Virus record (IMG/VR): IMGVR_UViG_3300035208_007100
DNA: 64,000 bases
Source: a virus
Reading direction: 5' to 3' (one strand)
Part shown: one piece after another, positions 28,578 to 38,473 of the stretch
How the letters are laid out: each line of letters opens with the position of its first letter
How positions within the stretch are numbered: position 1 is the stretch's first letter
Translations under genes and position numbers: made by a program
The notes under the pieces: generated by a model
What the model saw: the letters and a program-made list of their open reading frames with translations, nothing else
What the model was told of the DNA's origin: nothing
Databases searched by the model: none

Positions 28578-28748
28578 ATGGACCCGAAGGACCTGAAAGC
28601 ATGGCGACCCAAGCTCAAAACCCATGGCGTGATCGGCGGCCACGATTGCCTCAATCCAAACTCCGAGGGCCGGGCGACGGACGAGTTCCCCCGCCTTCTG
28701 TTGTGCATCGCCCGCATACCGCCCAATGCTCGACTTGTCCGACTGTAA
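28578..28748 (+). pseudogene. remnant third copy of the methyltransferase C-terminus
   Basis: DLKAWRPKLKTHGVIGGHD matches DLKAWAPKLKRGGTIGGHD; shared DNA gacctgaaagcatgg. Confidence 0.55.
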
Positions 28749-28756
28749 GGGATGAC

Positions 28757-29506
28757 ATGATCCAGTTCGGCATCGTAATGCCCACGTACCGCGCAGACCA
28801 CGCGACGCGCAAGCGACTGCGGGAGACCATCGGTACGATCAAGCGGCAGGACTATCCGCACTGGAAGCTCTACTTGATTGGGGATCGCTACGAGCCTGCC
28901 GAAGAGCTGGAGTCGCTGATCGCCGAAGTGCCCCACGACAAGCTGGTGATCTTCAACCTGCCGCGAGCCGTGGAGCGCGAGACGCTCAAAGGCTGGGAGC
29001 TGTGGCATTGCGGCGGGGCGACCGCCAACAACATCGGGCTCACGATGCAAGAGCGGGACGGCATCCGCTACACGTGCCACCTCGATCACGATGATCTGTG
29101 GCACACGAACCACCTCTCGACGTTGGCGTTAGCCTACCGGCGGTTTCCGCGGGCAGGGTTCATCTACACACGGGCCGAGTACCGCGGCACCAACACTCCT
29201 TTTTTGTTGCCGCGAGAGGCCACCCCTGCCGGTTACGACAACTTGCCGCCACGGACAGTGAACATCGTCCACGCGACGGTCAGCTGGCGGTTGGACCTGA
29301 TCCCCTTGCGATACCGGATCAGCCGCGACCAGCCCGCCGATGCGGTGATGTGGCACCAGATTCGCGAGTGGTGCCAGCTCAAGGGGCTGCCGATGGTCTA
29401 CATCCCCACGGTGACTGTGATCAAACAGTCGCAGACGGCAGACGTGAAAGTGCAGCAATGGCGGGCGGAGGCCCAGGCACAAGGGATCTACCAGCCGCCG
29501 AAGTAA
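28757..29506 (+). CDS. GT2 glycosyltransferase
   Basis: IVMPTY, QDYPHW, CHLDHDDLW. Confidence 0.85.
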   Translation: MIQFGIVMPTYRADHATRKRLRETIGTIKRQDYPHWKLYLIGDRYEPAEELESLIAEVPHDKLVIFNLPRAVERETLKGWELWHCGGATANNIGLTMQERDGIRYTCHLDHDDLWHTNHLSTLALAYRRFPRAGFIYTRAEYRGTNTPFLLPREATPAGYDNLPPRTVNIVHATVSWRLDLIPLRYRISRDQPADAVMWHQIREWCQLKGLPMVYIPTVTVIKQSQTADVKVQQWRAEAQAQGIYQPPK

Positions 29507-29527
29507 CCAATGGCTGAAAGGTAAGAA

Positions 29528-30124
29528 ATGGAGTTCGAGCCCAAGGTGTTCGGAATCGGCCTGCCGTGGACGGGACAGGCCGCACTCTACGAAGCACTCA
29601 AGACGCTCAAGTACCGAGTGGTGCACGACCCCGAGGACACGCAGATGTGGTGCGCTGCGCAACAGTCGCGCACCGACTTCATCCTGTTGCAGAAGTACGA
29701 CGGGATCGTGGGGCTGCCTGCTTCCCTGGTGGAGTCGCTCGACGTGACTTGGCCCGGCAGCAAGTTCATCCTTACCGTACGTGATCGCAAGTTCTGGTTG
29801 CCGCAAGCCAAGAAGGCGTACGCCAAACTGCCTCCTCCGCTGCACCATGCCCTTCCCGCGCCTCTCGGGCTCGATCGGTTCCGGCGACACGTGCAACCGT
29901 CGGCAGTCGAGGACACGTTGCTGGACTACTACAAGGCGACATACATTCGCACGATTCAGTATTTCTACGGCGTGGCAAGACCCAACGCACTGTTGATGCT
30001 CAACGTCTGTCGGAGCGACGGTTGGAAATCGCTCTGCGAGTTCCTTGACCGGCCGGTACCGCGCAAGGCGTTCCCGCAGGGTAGTTGCGAGATCGAGGGA
30101 TGTTGTCGGTCGTGCAAGGGCTAA
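29528..30124 (+). CDS. sulfotransferase family protein
   Basis: KVFGIGLPWTG, WPGSKFILTVRD, DGWKSLCEFL. Confidence 0.75.
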   Translation: MEFEPKVFGIGLPWTGQAALYEALKTLKYRVVHDPEDTQMWCAAQQSRTDFILLQKYDGIVGLPASLVESLDVTWPGSKFILTVRDRKFWLPQAKKAYAKLPPPLHHALPAPLGLDRFRRHVQPSAVEDTLLDYYKATYIRTIQYFYGVARPNALLMLNVCRSDGWKSLCEFLDRPVPRKAFPQGSCEIEGCCRSCKG

Positions 30125-30220
30125 AGCGAGAGCCAAAACGCGGCATAATTCAATAGAGAGTGTGCTTACTCGCTGGGTGTCCGGCGAGCGCACTCTTGGC
30201 TACGTACTGGAGGGTTCGGT

Positions 30221-30505
30221 ATGTCCCCCGTTATGCAGATCCTGGCGGCGGTGATCACGTTCTTGGTGGCGTTCACTGTGCTGGTGAGTGTGGCGTTCTG
30301 GACCGAGCGCCGCAAGGCGGCCCGGATCGCCGCGATGACGGAGATCCAGTTCCGCGAGTATCAGCAAAGGCTGGCGGAGTCCGAGCTTGCACGGCGGACC
30401 GCGGAAGAGCGGCGACAGCAGGAGATGTGGCGGAACATGAACGCCGGGATCTTCGGAGATGGGGTAGAAGTTCTGCCCCTGTCGATCACACGGGGCAGGG
30501 GCTAG
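30221..30505 (+). CDS. membrane-anchored hypothetical protein
   Basis: GGAGG RBS; N-terminal TM segment. Confidence 0.6.
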   Translation: MSPVMQILAAVITFLVAFTVLVSVAFWTERRKAARIAAMTEIQFREYQQRLAESELARRTAEERRQQEMWRNMNAGIFGDGVEVLPLSITRGRG

Positions 30506-30605
30506 CCACCCCCACTCCGTGCATTGAGATAGCCAGCCCCTACTCGCAGGGCTGGCTGTTTTCGTTTTCAATGCCGTGGTTCTTTCTTTTACCCCTGGAG
30601 GGCTT

Positions 30606-31223
30606 ATGGGCTGGAAGCAGTCTCTGCACCAAGTGTTGAACGATGTTCTGGTTGCGATTCACGCCGAGGCAGCCATTGGATTGATGTCTCGCGGCCCGGC
30701 AGGCAAGCCGCCCCGCGTATCGGCGAGGGAGAAGTACGCCAGCGCGTTGACGGCCGCAGGGGCCTGCGTGGCCGACCCGGAGCACCAGCTCCGACCGGCG
30801 CAAGTCCGGCTCCTTGAGGCACTGGTCGTGTTGTGCAAGGGAGCATCCGAGCGGTTGGACGCAGACTGTGTCGCAGGACAGGTCACAACTCTGGCACCGT
30901 GTGACAGCCTCGACGAGTTCCTGGCTCTTTTCGGGTCCGTGTCCTTGCACCCGGAAGTGACCGAGGGCAAGGGAATCCCCGACGAGCAGCATCTTCACGA
31001 GTCGATCCACGAGGCGATCCGCGAGCGACTGAAAGCCGGGAGCTGCAACGGTGCCGTGATGTTCGAGAACTTGTCGGACGGAGCACCCGAGTTCGGCAAG
31101 CGCACGGCGATCTTCTTCGGACCCGGCTGTACGATGTGTGAGCTGCAGGACGTTGCCGACCTGCGGCTGGGCGACGAGCCCAAGGAGTGGATGCACCCGA
31201 TTCGGTACTTCATCAAGCCGTAG
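30606..31223 (+). CDS. hypothetical protein
   Basis: GGAGG RBS before ATG30606. Confidence 0.65.
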   Translation: MGWKQSLHQVLNDVLVAIHAEAAIGLMSRGPAGKPPRVSAREKYASALTAAGACVADPEHQLRPAQVRLLEALVVLCKGASERLDADCVAGQVTTLAPCDSLDEFLALFGSVSLHPEVTEGKGIPDEQHLHESIHEAIRERLKAGSCNGAVMFENLSDGAPEFGKRTAIFFGPGCTMCELQDVADLRLGDEPKEWMHPIRYFIKP

Positions 31224-31271
31224 TCACGTTTCGTTTCGTTTTGTTTTGTTCTCTTGTGGAAGGAAACCACT

Positions 31272-31565
31272 GTGAGCACGATTTTGTATCCCGAGAAGTT
31301 GGAAGGCATGGAGTTCCCCGTTGGTCAGCTGTATGAAGACCTGTCGCCGGTCTCGACGAACCCGTTCAACCGGGTGTTGTCGATGTCGGGCGACGAGATC
31401 GACGAGGACGATGACCTCGACGACGATGAAGACTACGACGAGGAGGAGGACGAAGAAGACGACGACTTCGAGGAGGACGACGACCTCGACGACGAGGAGG
31501 AGTGGGAGGACGATGACGACGATGAGTGGGATGACGAGGGGCTGGACGAGGAGGACGTGGATTGA
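31272..31565 (+). CDS. highly acidic protein
   Basis: C-terminal ~57 residues are almost entirely D/E with spaced W/L/F/Y. Confidence 0.65.
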   Translation: MSTILYPEKLEGMEFPVGQLYEDLSPVSTNPFNRVLSMSGDEIDEDDDLDDDEDYDEEEDEEDDDFEEDDDLDDEEEWEDDDDDEWDDEGLDEEDVD

Positions 31566-32028
31566 GTCGATCCATCACGATGCAGCGGACGAGCGTCAAG
31601 GCATGGGACCCCAAAGTCCTTGAAGCTGCAGCGAAGCGGATGGGGTTGAAGCTGACCTACGAAGGGCCGCCGGGACGGACAATGGAGGGCGGCAACTACG
31701 TGGGCTGGGTGGTGCAGTTCACGGGCTGGTACCAGCCTGTCGTGTTCAAGGAGACGCCGGGACCCCTTCTTGTCGGGGGTCGCGTTGTCCCTGGAGAAAC
31801 GGTGGCCGAGATCCAGCGGTCCGACTTTGTCGGCTCGCGGGGCAACAAGGCCGACCTGACACGTTCCTGGGCCACTACAACAACATCCTGGACCAGCACT
31901 TGCTGGGTCAGGTCGAGGAAGCCTTCCGACGTGCGGGAGCCTCCTACGCGAGTGAGACGCTTCCTGACGGCACTATCGCGGCGACCATCGAGATCTCGCC
32001 CGAGCAGCTTGCGCAACTGGAGGTCTAA
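31562..32028 (+). pseudogene. DUF1257-like protein with a -1 frameshift near 31858
   Basis: N-part DPKVLEAAAKRMG..GWYQPVV; the other frame continues DTFLGHY..ETLPDGTI..LEV* and its TAA overlaps ATG32028. Confidence 0.65.
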
Positions 32029-32216
32029 TGCCGAAGGTCACCATCACTGCCAAGGATGGCAAGATCTTCGTTGACGTCGAAGGCGTTCAGGGGCCAGCCT
32101 GCTCAAAGGTCCCCGAGCTACTGAGAAAGCTTTCCCAGATCCCGCCGAGGGATACCCGAGAAGATGACAAGCCGGAGTTCTTCCACACCGAGTCAGCACA
32201 GGAGCCGATCGGATGA
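32028..32216 (+). CDS. DUF2997-like small protein
   Basis: DGKIFVDVEGVQGPAC ... KPEFF. Confidence 0.7.
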   Translation: MPKVTITAKDGKIFVDVEGVQGPACSKVPELLRKLSQIPPRDTREDDKPEFFHTESAQEPIG

Positions 32217-33913
32217 AGTTCACCTGGCTAGAGATCCTGCAGATCAAGATCGCCGCCGCCTACAGCGGTATCTGGCTGCAAAGCTACGAACCGGAAGACT
32301 GCTTGCGCGAGATCGCCAAACTGTGCGATGAGATGAACTGGTTGTTGTACCGTTGGAACCTGCTCGACGGGATGCTGGCGGTAGTCAACAAGAAGTGGAT
32401 CCCAGTCGAAGGAACGACACGAAACCTGGATCAGGCGCTGCTGGTCTTTCGTACCGAGGAAATGGCTCGGATGACGACGAAGTTCGACGGGCAGCGACCG
32501 AGCATGCTGCTCATCGTCGAACACGCCGAGGAGTACAACTCCACCGCATATTGCGAGCACTTGCGGCGAGCGATGGTGGAGGGTGAGACCGAGCATCAGC
32601 ACATTCTGCTGATGAGCCACGGCACCAAGGTGCCGGAGAAGATCGCCAAGCGGGTCGAAGTGATCCGACATCCGTTGCCTGACGAGCAGCAGATGCTGGC
32701 GATGGCGGACGAAGTGGTCCCGGAGAAGGATCGGCCGGACGACGCGCTGTTCCAGCAGTGCCTGGAAGCGGCGGCCGGGTTGACCCGCGTCGAGGCCCGC
32801 AACGCCTTCGCCGAGGCGTTGATCCTCTCGGACCAGGCCGGGTTCGAGCGGTACGGGGGCAAGTTGCACCCGGAGCCGATCTGGCAGGCTAAGAGCAAGA
32901 TTCTGGAGGTCGGAACCTCCGCGATCCAGCTCTATCGCGGCACGGAGAGCATGGCGGACGTGGGCGGATATGCTCAGGCTCGCAAGGTGCTCACCAACCG
33001 CATCCGGCCGACGCGGTTGCCGTATGCGGCGAAAGCCAAGGGCTCCCTGATGCTGGGCGTGCCGGGCTCCGGCAAGACGCTCATCATGAAGGCCTTGGCT
33101 GCGGCGACTGGTCGCCCGCTACTGTTGTTCGATCCTGGCAAGGCCCGTGGCCGTTATCAGGGCGACGCGCAGCAGGCGATTACCGAAGTGTTCGACAAGG
33201 CTCGCCACATGAAGGCGATTCTCGGCATCAACGAAGCCGACAAAGGATTGCGTGGCGGCGAGGAGGGCAACCTGGACGCGGGCGTGGGTGCCCACATCAT
33301 CAAGGCCCTGCTGGAGTTCATGGAGGATCCCACAACCGGCGTGTTCACGGTGATGACCGCGAACAACATCCGGTCACTGGTGGAGGGTTTCCCGGAGCTA
33401 TTCCGCTCAGGGCGAATCAACGACCAGTGGTTCCTTGGCTTGCCATCGGCCAAGACGCGGGAGGAGATCTGGAAGATCCACCTTCGGCGGTGCGGGTTCT
33501 TCGTGCCCCAGGGCATCGAAGCACGACCCAAGGACGGCCCCGATCCTTCTTCGCCGGAGGACGTGGAGAAGGCATTCCAGGCGTTTCGCAAGAAGCCTGG
33601 ACTGCCTGAAGATGACGTCTGGTCAGGGGCTGACATCGCCACCTGCTGCGAAAATGCCGACCTGGATGGTCTCAGCATCAAGGACGCAGGCGGGACAATC
33701 AACCCCACCATGCTCAAGGCACGCGAGAGTGTGCAGTGGGCGATGGAGTACGCGATCTCCAATCACGTACTCGACGCAGATCGGCCGGGCTTTTACAAGG
33801 GCCCGGATGCCGATGAGAAGAAAATGCTCAAATCGTTTGGGGTCGCTGTCGCCGAGAATGGCAGCGGGCCCCGCCGGGCAATGCTCCGGCGATCTCCCCC
33901 TGGAGCCAACTGA
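32213..33913 (+). CDS. AAA+ ATPase (Ycf46-like)
   Basis: Walker A GVPGSGKT; Walker B ILGINEAD (N at the usual first D); TANN, PELFRSGR, SGADI. Confidence 0.85.
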   Translation: MKFTWLEILQIKIAAAYSGIWLQSYEPEDCLREIAKLCDEMNWLLYRWNLLDGMLAVVNKKWIPVEGTTRNLDQALLVFRTEEMARMTTKFDGQRPSMLLIVEHAEEYNSTAYCEHLRRAMVEGETEHQHILLMSHGTKVPEKIAKRVEVIRHPLPDEQQMLAMADEVVPEKDRPDDALFQQCLEAAAGLTRVEARNAFAEALILSDQAGFERYGGKLHPEPIWQAKSKILEVGTSAIQLYRGTESMADVGGYAQARKVLTNRIRPTRLPYAAKAKGSLMLGVPGSGKTLIMKALAAATGRPLLLFDPGKARGRYQGDAQQAITEVFDKARHMKAILGINEADKGLRGGEEGNLDAGVGAHIIKALLEFMEDPTTGVFTVMTANNIRSLVEGFPELFRSGRINDQWFLGLPSAKTREEIWKIHLRRCGFFVPQGIEARPKDGPDPSSPEDVEKAFQAFRKKPGLPEDDVWSGADIATCCENADLDGLSIKDAGGTINPTMLKARESVQWAMEYAISNHVLDADRPGFYKGPDADEKKMLKSFGVAVAENGSGPRRAMLRRSPPGAN

Positions 33914-35259
33914 TGGCCGCAGCAATGGCTAGACCCAAGCCGAAGAAGACGAAGCGAACCGACCAGCCGCTGCTCGACCAACTGGAAGATCAGTCGGACG
34001 AGCAGTTGGTGAAGTTGGACACCGAGGCGGTGAAGCGGATTCGCGTGGCGTACAAGGCGGTGCGGCTCAAACGACGTCGTGGGCCGCAGACGCGTAGCGA
34101 CACGCACAGCGAGAAGGAAGTGGAAGCCAAGAATCGTGGCATGGACGTCGATCGCCTGATCAGCGGGTTCCGGCTGTTCGGCAAGAAGGATGAGGATCTT
34201 CAGCCTGTCCGCGACGCAATCGCGGCGGCGGAGGCATGGTTCAAGAACAAGCGATACACCCGGTGGTACGACGAGCCGGGCGTGCGTTTGGTCAAGAAGG
34301 GTCGTCCGACCCTCGACGGTGAGTACGAGATCATCGACGACCGAGAGACGGACGACAACACGCACCTCATCGTCTACGCCGATGAAGAGGGCAAGCATCA
34401 ACGGACGATGCTCACGCAGGAAGAGCACGAGCGGCGGGTGACGAATCTCTACCTGGAATGGAAGACCAGGATGGAGGCCTTGATCGCGACGGTCCGCACG
34501 GAGGTGGCAGCGTTGGCTGCCAAGTGGCCGAGCGTGATTCGCCGTCAGCTGAAGGCCTTGGGCACACGAGCCAAGCCCGAGCACTTCAACTTCAACCCGG
34601 TGGATGTCTATGACGTGGTGCTGAACCACTTCAACATCGAGTGCGATCCCGAGCTGGCTATCCTGGACCCTCGCGGCCTCCAAGCCGAGATGGACTACCG
34701 GGACGAGATGTATCGTGCGACGGTGGCGCGGGAGCGGCAGGAGGACATGGAAGCCGCCGTCCGCCAGCTCAACTCCTTTGCCAAGGCCATGAGCGAGCGC
34801 TGGCTGCTGGACGGCCAGTACGAGATCGTGGTGCGCAAGACGCAACGGAGTGGAAAGGTGGTCGTCACCTTCCTCAAGGACCGCAAGGAGGAGACAGTAA
34901 TCTTGGAGGCCGAGGAAGTCGCCGAGCGTGTGTCGCTGGACGACAAACCACGGAAGTTCAACAACGCCACCGTCGCCAAGCTCTTCGCGATGCGGGATCA
35001 GATCCGCATCAACAAGGACGAGGATGGGATCACCTCACCCGAGTCCGAGGCGTTGCTTGGGATGTTGGACAAGCTCCTGGAAGGCCACGACCCCGCAAGT
35101 CTGGCCGAGGAGCTTCGCGGGAACGAGGGGCTCAAGCAAGCGAAGATGAACAGCGCTGTGGCAATCATCGCTACGGCGCTCGACTCCCGCGAGCTTCGCC
35201 CCCGCCGTGCTTTGTTGCGCGGCGTCCTCATCGGCTCCCTTCGGGACAAAGCGACATGA
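33913..35259 (+). CDS. hypothetical protein (DUF3150-like position in the AAA cassette)
   Basis: TGATG coupling; helical; WYDEPGVRL. Confidence 0.6.
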   Translation: MAAAMARPKPKKTKRTDQPLLDQLEDQSDEQLVKLDTEAVKRIRVAYKAVRLKRRRGPQTRSDTHSEKEVEAKNRGMDVDRLISGFRLFGKKDEDLQPVRDAIAAAEAWFKNKRYTRWYDEPGVRLVKKGRPTLDGEYEIIDDRETDDNTHLIVYADEEGKHQRTMLTQEEHERRVTNLYLEWKTRMEALIATVRTEVAALAAKWPSVIRRQLKALGTRAKPEHFNFNPVDVYDVVLNHFNIECDPELAILDPRGLQAEMDYRDEMYRATVARERQEDMEAAVRQLNSFAKAMSERWLLDGQYEIVVRKTQRSGKVVVTFLKDRKEETVILEAEEVAERVSLDDKPRKFNNATVAKLFAMRDQIRINKDEDGITSPESEALLGMLDKLLEGHDPASLAEELRGNEGLKQAKMNSAVAIIATALDSRELRPRRALLRGVLIGSLRDKAT

Positions 35260-35615
35260 GGATTCAGTTGTTCTGCAAAGGGGGCCGCTTCACGTGTCTC
35301 TACGACGCTGGAGCGGCCCCCATCGTGCTGAAGTACTCACAGGAGTACGCGTCCGTCGGCGTTCGTGTCCGACGGGTCAGCTACATCGAGCCCTGTTCTT
35401 GGCCGCTGCGAAAGGCATTCCACATGCTTCGCCGCCTGTGCGGCGATGGAGGGCGTGTGGCCGACTGGACGCGGCGGTGGGGATGCCTCTGGCGGGTCAA
35501 TTTCGGACCCGTCAGAGGGCCTATTCAGGGCCCCTTCTCAAAACGAGAGGAGGCCTTAGAATGGGAGCACGGTAACGTAGGGCCCTGGCTGCTACGGGCA
35601 GTTCGAGGCCCGTGA
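35256..35615 (+). CDS. conserved hypothetical protein of the AAA cassette
   Basis: CLYD, RRVSYIEP, PVRGPIQGPFSKREEAL..WL. Confidence 0.65.
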   Translation: MRIQLFCKGGRFTCLYDAGAAPIVLKYSQEYASVGVRVRRVSYIEPCSWPLRKAFHMLRRLCGDGGRVADWTRRWGCLWRVNFGPVRGPIQGPFSKREEALEWEHGNVGPWLLRAVRGP

Positions 35616-35687
35616 CCACAGTCACGGCGGAGGCCGGTCACTCCGCCGTGGAACTGACCCAGACCGACCGGACAAGGAGGTTCCCCC

Positions 35688-35897
35688 ATGCTCGTGGTTT
35701 CTCGCAAAGTGGATGAGACGATCAAGATGGTGATCCCGCCGTGCTCCGAACCCCAGGTGGTCACGGTGCGGCTGGTTGATGTCCGCGGCAACAAGGCCCG
35801 GCTCGGCATCGAGGCCCCCAAGGCCATCACCGTGCTTCGCGACGACGCGAAGAAAACAACGAGCGACGACACTGTCCCGGTTCCGGCTACGGCCTGA
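35688..35897 (+). CDS. csrA: carbon storage regulator CsrA-family RNA-binding protein
   Basis: MLVVSRKVDETI ... VRGNKARLGIEAPKAITVLRD; AAGGAGG RBS. Confidence 0.9.
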   Translation: MLVVSRKVDETIKMVIPPCSEPQVVTVRLVDVRGNKARLGIEAPKAITVLRDDAKKTTSDDTVPVPATA

Positions 35898-35913
35898 ACC
35901 GAACTGCGTCGCG

Positions 35914-35949
35914 AGAAAAGCCCCCAGGAATCCCGGGGGCTTTTCTTTT
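35914..35949 (+). terminator. intrinsic terminator (possibly bidirectional)
   Basis: agaaaagccccc-loop-gggggcttttct followed by a T run. Confidence 0.85.
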
Positions 35950-35967
35950 AGCTATCAGCCGCCCGAT

Positions 35968-36025
35968 ATTACTTACGTGCGGAGAATTGGCTGCTCTTGG
36001 ACCACTGCGTGTAGCGTGCTATGCT
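35968..36025 (+). promoter_or_regulatory. motif copy 3 followed by a sigma70-like promoter (TTGGAC-17bp-TATGCT, extended -10)
   Basis: ATTACTTACGTGCGGAGAATTG at 35968-35989; -35 at 35997-36002; TG at 36017-36018; -10 at 36020-36025. Confidence 0.55.
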
Positions 36026-36062
36026 GCTCGACGGTGAAAGCGACTTGTTGTGATTCTCAACC

Positions 36063-36644
36063 ATGCAGCCATTCACGCGTATTTACTTTCTTCGTGGTCG
36101 TCCCTGTGCGCAGCCGTCAGTGGATGCTCGCGCTGTGTTCCCGAACGTAAGCGAGTGGGTTCCGTTCGAGCTGCCGGTATTTACAGAAACGACGCTGCCG
36201 CCGGGGTACCCAGGCACAGCGGAGGGCTGGGCAGAGCTTCGCGGACACATGGCAGCATGGGCACATCATCTGAGCGATCAGGAAGGTCCTCTGGCCGTGC
36301 TGTACGAGAAGGCCCAGTTCGTAGCGGACGCGTCGGCCGTCGCTTGCCGTTTTTTCAAAGACTTGCCTACGGACTGGGAGGCTCTCGGGCTGGACTCCTC
36401 GGTCCCTGTTGGCGGCGTGCGAATCACTGACAATGTCTTTCGTCATCCGGCCCTTGGTTCCGTGTGGGCCTATGCGCTGAAACGGCGGACGGCGGCTGAC
36501 CTGCATCTGCACGTGTGCAATGCGATCTCGCTACGTCGTTGGACTGTCGCGGCTGACGCAACATTGAGTTTCCTGATGTCCACCTATCTGCGAACATCCG
36601 GGACCACCCTCTACGTGCCGTCAGCGCCGCTGTTGCTGCCATGA
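36063..36644 (+). CDS. degenerate GT25-like protein
   Basis: H..AW, VLYEK, SVWAYAL echo GT25 motifs; adjacent to a GT25 gene. Confidence 0.45.
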   Translation: MQPFTRIYFLRGRPCAQPSVDARAVFPNVSEWVPFELPVFTETTLPPGYPGTAEGWAELRGHMAAWAHHLSDQEGPLAVLYEKAQFVADASAVACRFFKDLPTDWEALGLDSSVPVGGVRITDNVFRHPALGSVWAYALKRRTAADLHLHVCNAISLRRWTVAADATLSFLMSTYLRTSGTTLYVPSAPLLLP

Positions 36645-37306
36645 AAATCTCAGACGTTTGTCGCTGCTTCTGTGTCAACCTCCAGCATCGTCACGATCGC
36701 TGGCAGCGATTCCTCGACGTTATGCAAGGCCTTCGCTGGCCGTTTCCTGCTGTGGAGCGTTTTCCTGCCGTCTACGGCTGCCGTGTACAACCGCCAGCGT
36801 GGTGGTCAGTTGGCCCGGGCGCCTGGGGGTGTTGGCTAAGCCACGTTCGCATCTGGGAACTGGCGATCACGCATCGCTGGCCTGCCGTGCTCATCTTGGA
36901 AGACGACATCGAGCCGACCGCCGACTTTAGCGAGCGAATTGAGCCGACGCTGGCGGCCGTCCCCGACGACTGGGGACAGATCTTCCTGGGTGCGGCAGTG
37001 TTGCAGGATGCTCGGTTTCGCGCCGTCAACCCGTTCGTTCGTCGAATCGTCGGCGTGAACAGAACCCACGGCTACATCACGCGACTGGAAATGATCGAGG
37101 AGTTGTACCCGTTTGTCTTTTCCCTGTGGAGCCTGGCAGACAAGGAAAGCCCCCGTGCTTACCTGCAGCACATCGACCATCAGATGCACCACTTCCACCG
37201 GCAAACATCGCGGAGGGTCTACCTGGCCCATCCGCAGCTGCTTGGGCAATGCGAGAGCTATAGTGACGTTCTCGGGATGAAGGTACACTACGGCCAGACA
37301 GGGTAG
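36641..37306 (+). CDS. GT25 family glycosyltransferase
   Basis: VNL..RHDR, RFPAVYG, GAWGCWLSH, LILEDD, THGY, HID. Confidence 0.85.
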   Translation: MKISDVCRCFCVNLQHRHDRWQRFLDVMQGLRWPFPAVERFPAVYGCRVQPPAWWSVGPGAWGCWLSHVRIWELAITHRWPAVLILEDDIEPTADFSERIEPTLAAVPDDWGQIFLGAAVLQDARFRAVNPFVRRIVGVNRTHGYITRLEMIEELYPFVFSLWSLADKESPRAYLQHIDHQMHHFHRQTSRRVYLAHPQLLGQCESYSDVLGMKVHYGQTG

Positions 37307-37310
37307 ACTC

Positions 37311-38144
37311 ATGAAGCAGCTGGTGATCACACTTGCGAACGGGCCCGGATTTCGTCTCCAGACGTTGCTCTGGGGTTTGTGGTTTTCCTCCAGGTTCGAC
37401 CGGCAGTTGCTGTACTTTTGTCCGCAGATCTCACGAGCGGAACAGGCTCCTCAGGCGATGACCCCGTTGCCGTGGATCGTGAAGGGCGGCGTTGAGCTGA
37501 AGGAACCTGGGTTCATTGAGATCTGCAAGCAGTCGGCCAGTCCTCTGCTCTCCCCGGCGGCGACCGAGCGACAGCTGTCGCGGAGCGATGCGCAAGAAGT
37601 CATCCGCATTCGACCCGACGCATCCTGGCGACCCAGTCCGGCCCAGGCCGAAGGGATGCGAGAGAGCTGGACCAGCCGCGTGGCAACCACGACCGCGGCA
37701 ATGAAGGCTGCGGCCGTGTTCTGGCGACAGCACTCGCTGGACACCAAACGTACGGCCATCGTACACCTCGACGGCAGCGAGACCGAGACGAAGACGGATT
37801 ACCTGCTGGATTGGGCAACGCATAACATCAACTTCATCACGGGACGCAACTGGAGCTGTGTCTTTTGTCTGCTCTCGCCGTATGAGAAACTCATGCAGTC
37901 GCTGAAAGCTCGTTTTCGCGACGATTGGGCGGACATCCCGCTGCTCTACTCGCTTCCCGAGCATCGCAATTTGGATGCGGTCACATTGGCAATGCTTGTC
38001 GAGGTGTGCCGTGAAAGCTGTGCCTACATCGGCTCGCCAGTGAGTGCTCTGACACCTGCGATCAGCTGGATTCGAGGAGAGTGTGACGGCGGTGGTTGCT
38101 TCGACGTTCCTGCCGCCGCGGCGGCTCGTCTGGGAATTTCCTGA
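37311..38144 (+). CDS. fucosyltransferase-like hypothetical protein
   Basis: NGPGFRL, IVHL, YIGSPVSALT. Confidence 0.4.
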   Translation: MKQLVITLANGPGFRLQTLLWGLWFSSRFDRQLLYFCPQISRAEQAPQAMTPLPWIVKGGVELKEPGFIEICKQSASPLLSPAATERQLSRSDAQEVIRIRPDASWRPSPAQAEGMRESWTSRVATTTAAMKAAAVFWRQHSLDTKRTAIVHLDGSETETKTDYLLDWATHNINFITGRNWSCVFCLLSPYEKLMQSLKARFRDDWADIPLLYSLPEHRNLDAVTLAMLVEVCRESCAYIGSPVSALTPAISWIRGECDGGGCFDVPAAAAARLGIS

Positions 38145-38155
38145 AAGGTGGTTAT

Positions 38156-38473
38156 GTGGATCTGAAACTGCTGAGTCAGTATTTGCACATCCGCGACGCT
38201 TCGCTGCGACGTGCGCGTGCGTTGATCTCACTCAAACCGGCCGACGTTGTCGAAGAGACGAGCACGGCGATCACGCTGGCTGCTGTCCTGTTTGAGCACG
38301 GTTTCGAGGGTGACGCCGTCCGTGAATTCCTCAACCGTTCGCGAGTGCAGTTGGAGCAGGGCAAGACACAGCTCCAGGTGGACTACCGCGGCGACTTCCC
38401 TGTCACGGTGCGGCTGGACGCGAGCAACCTCGTGCGTCGGCTGGCCGCTTTCCGGGCAAAGCAGGAGAAGTGA
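38156..38473 (+). CDS. hypothetical protein
   Basis: tiles between genes. Confidence 0.55.
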   Translation: MDLKLLSQYLHIRDASLRRARALISLKPADVVEETSTAITLAAVLFEHGFEGDAVREFLNRSRVQLEQGKTQLQVDYRGDFPVTVRLDASNLVRRLAAFRAKQEK

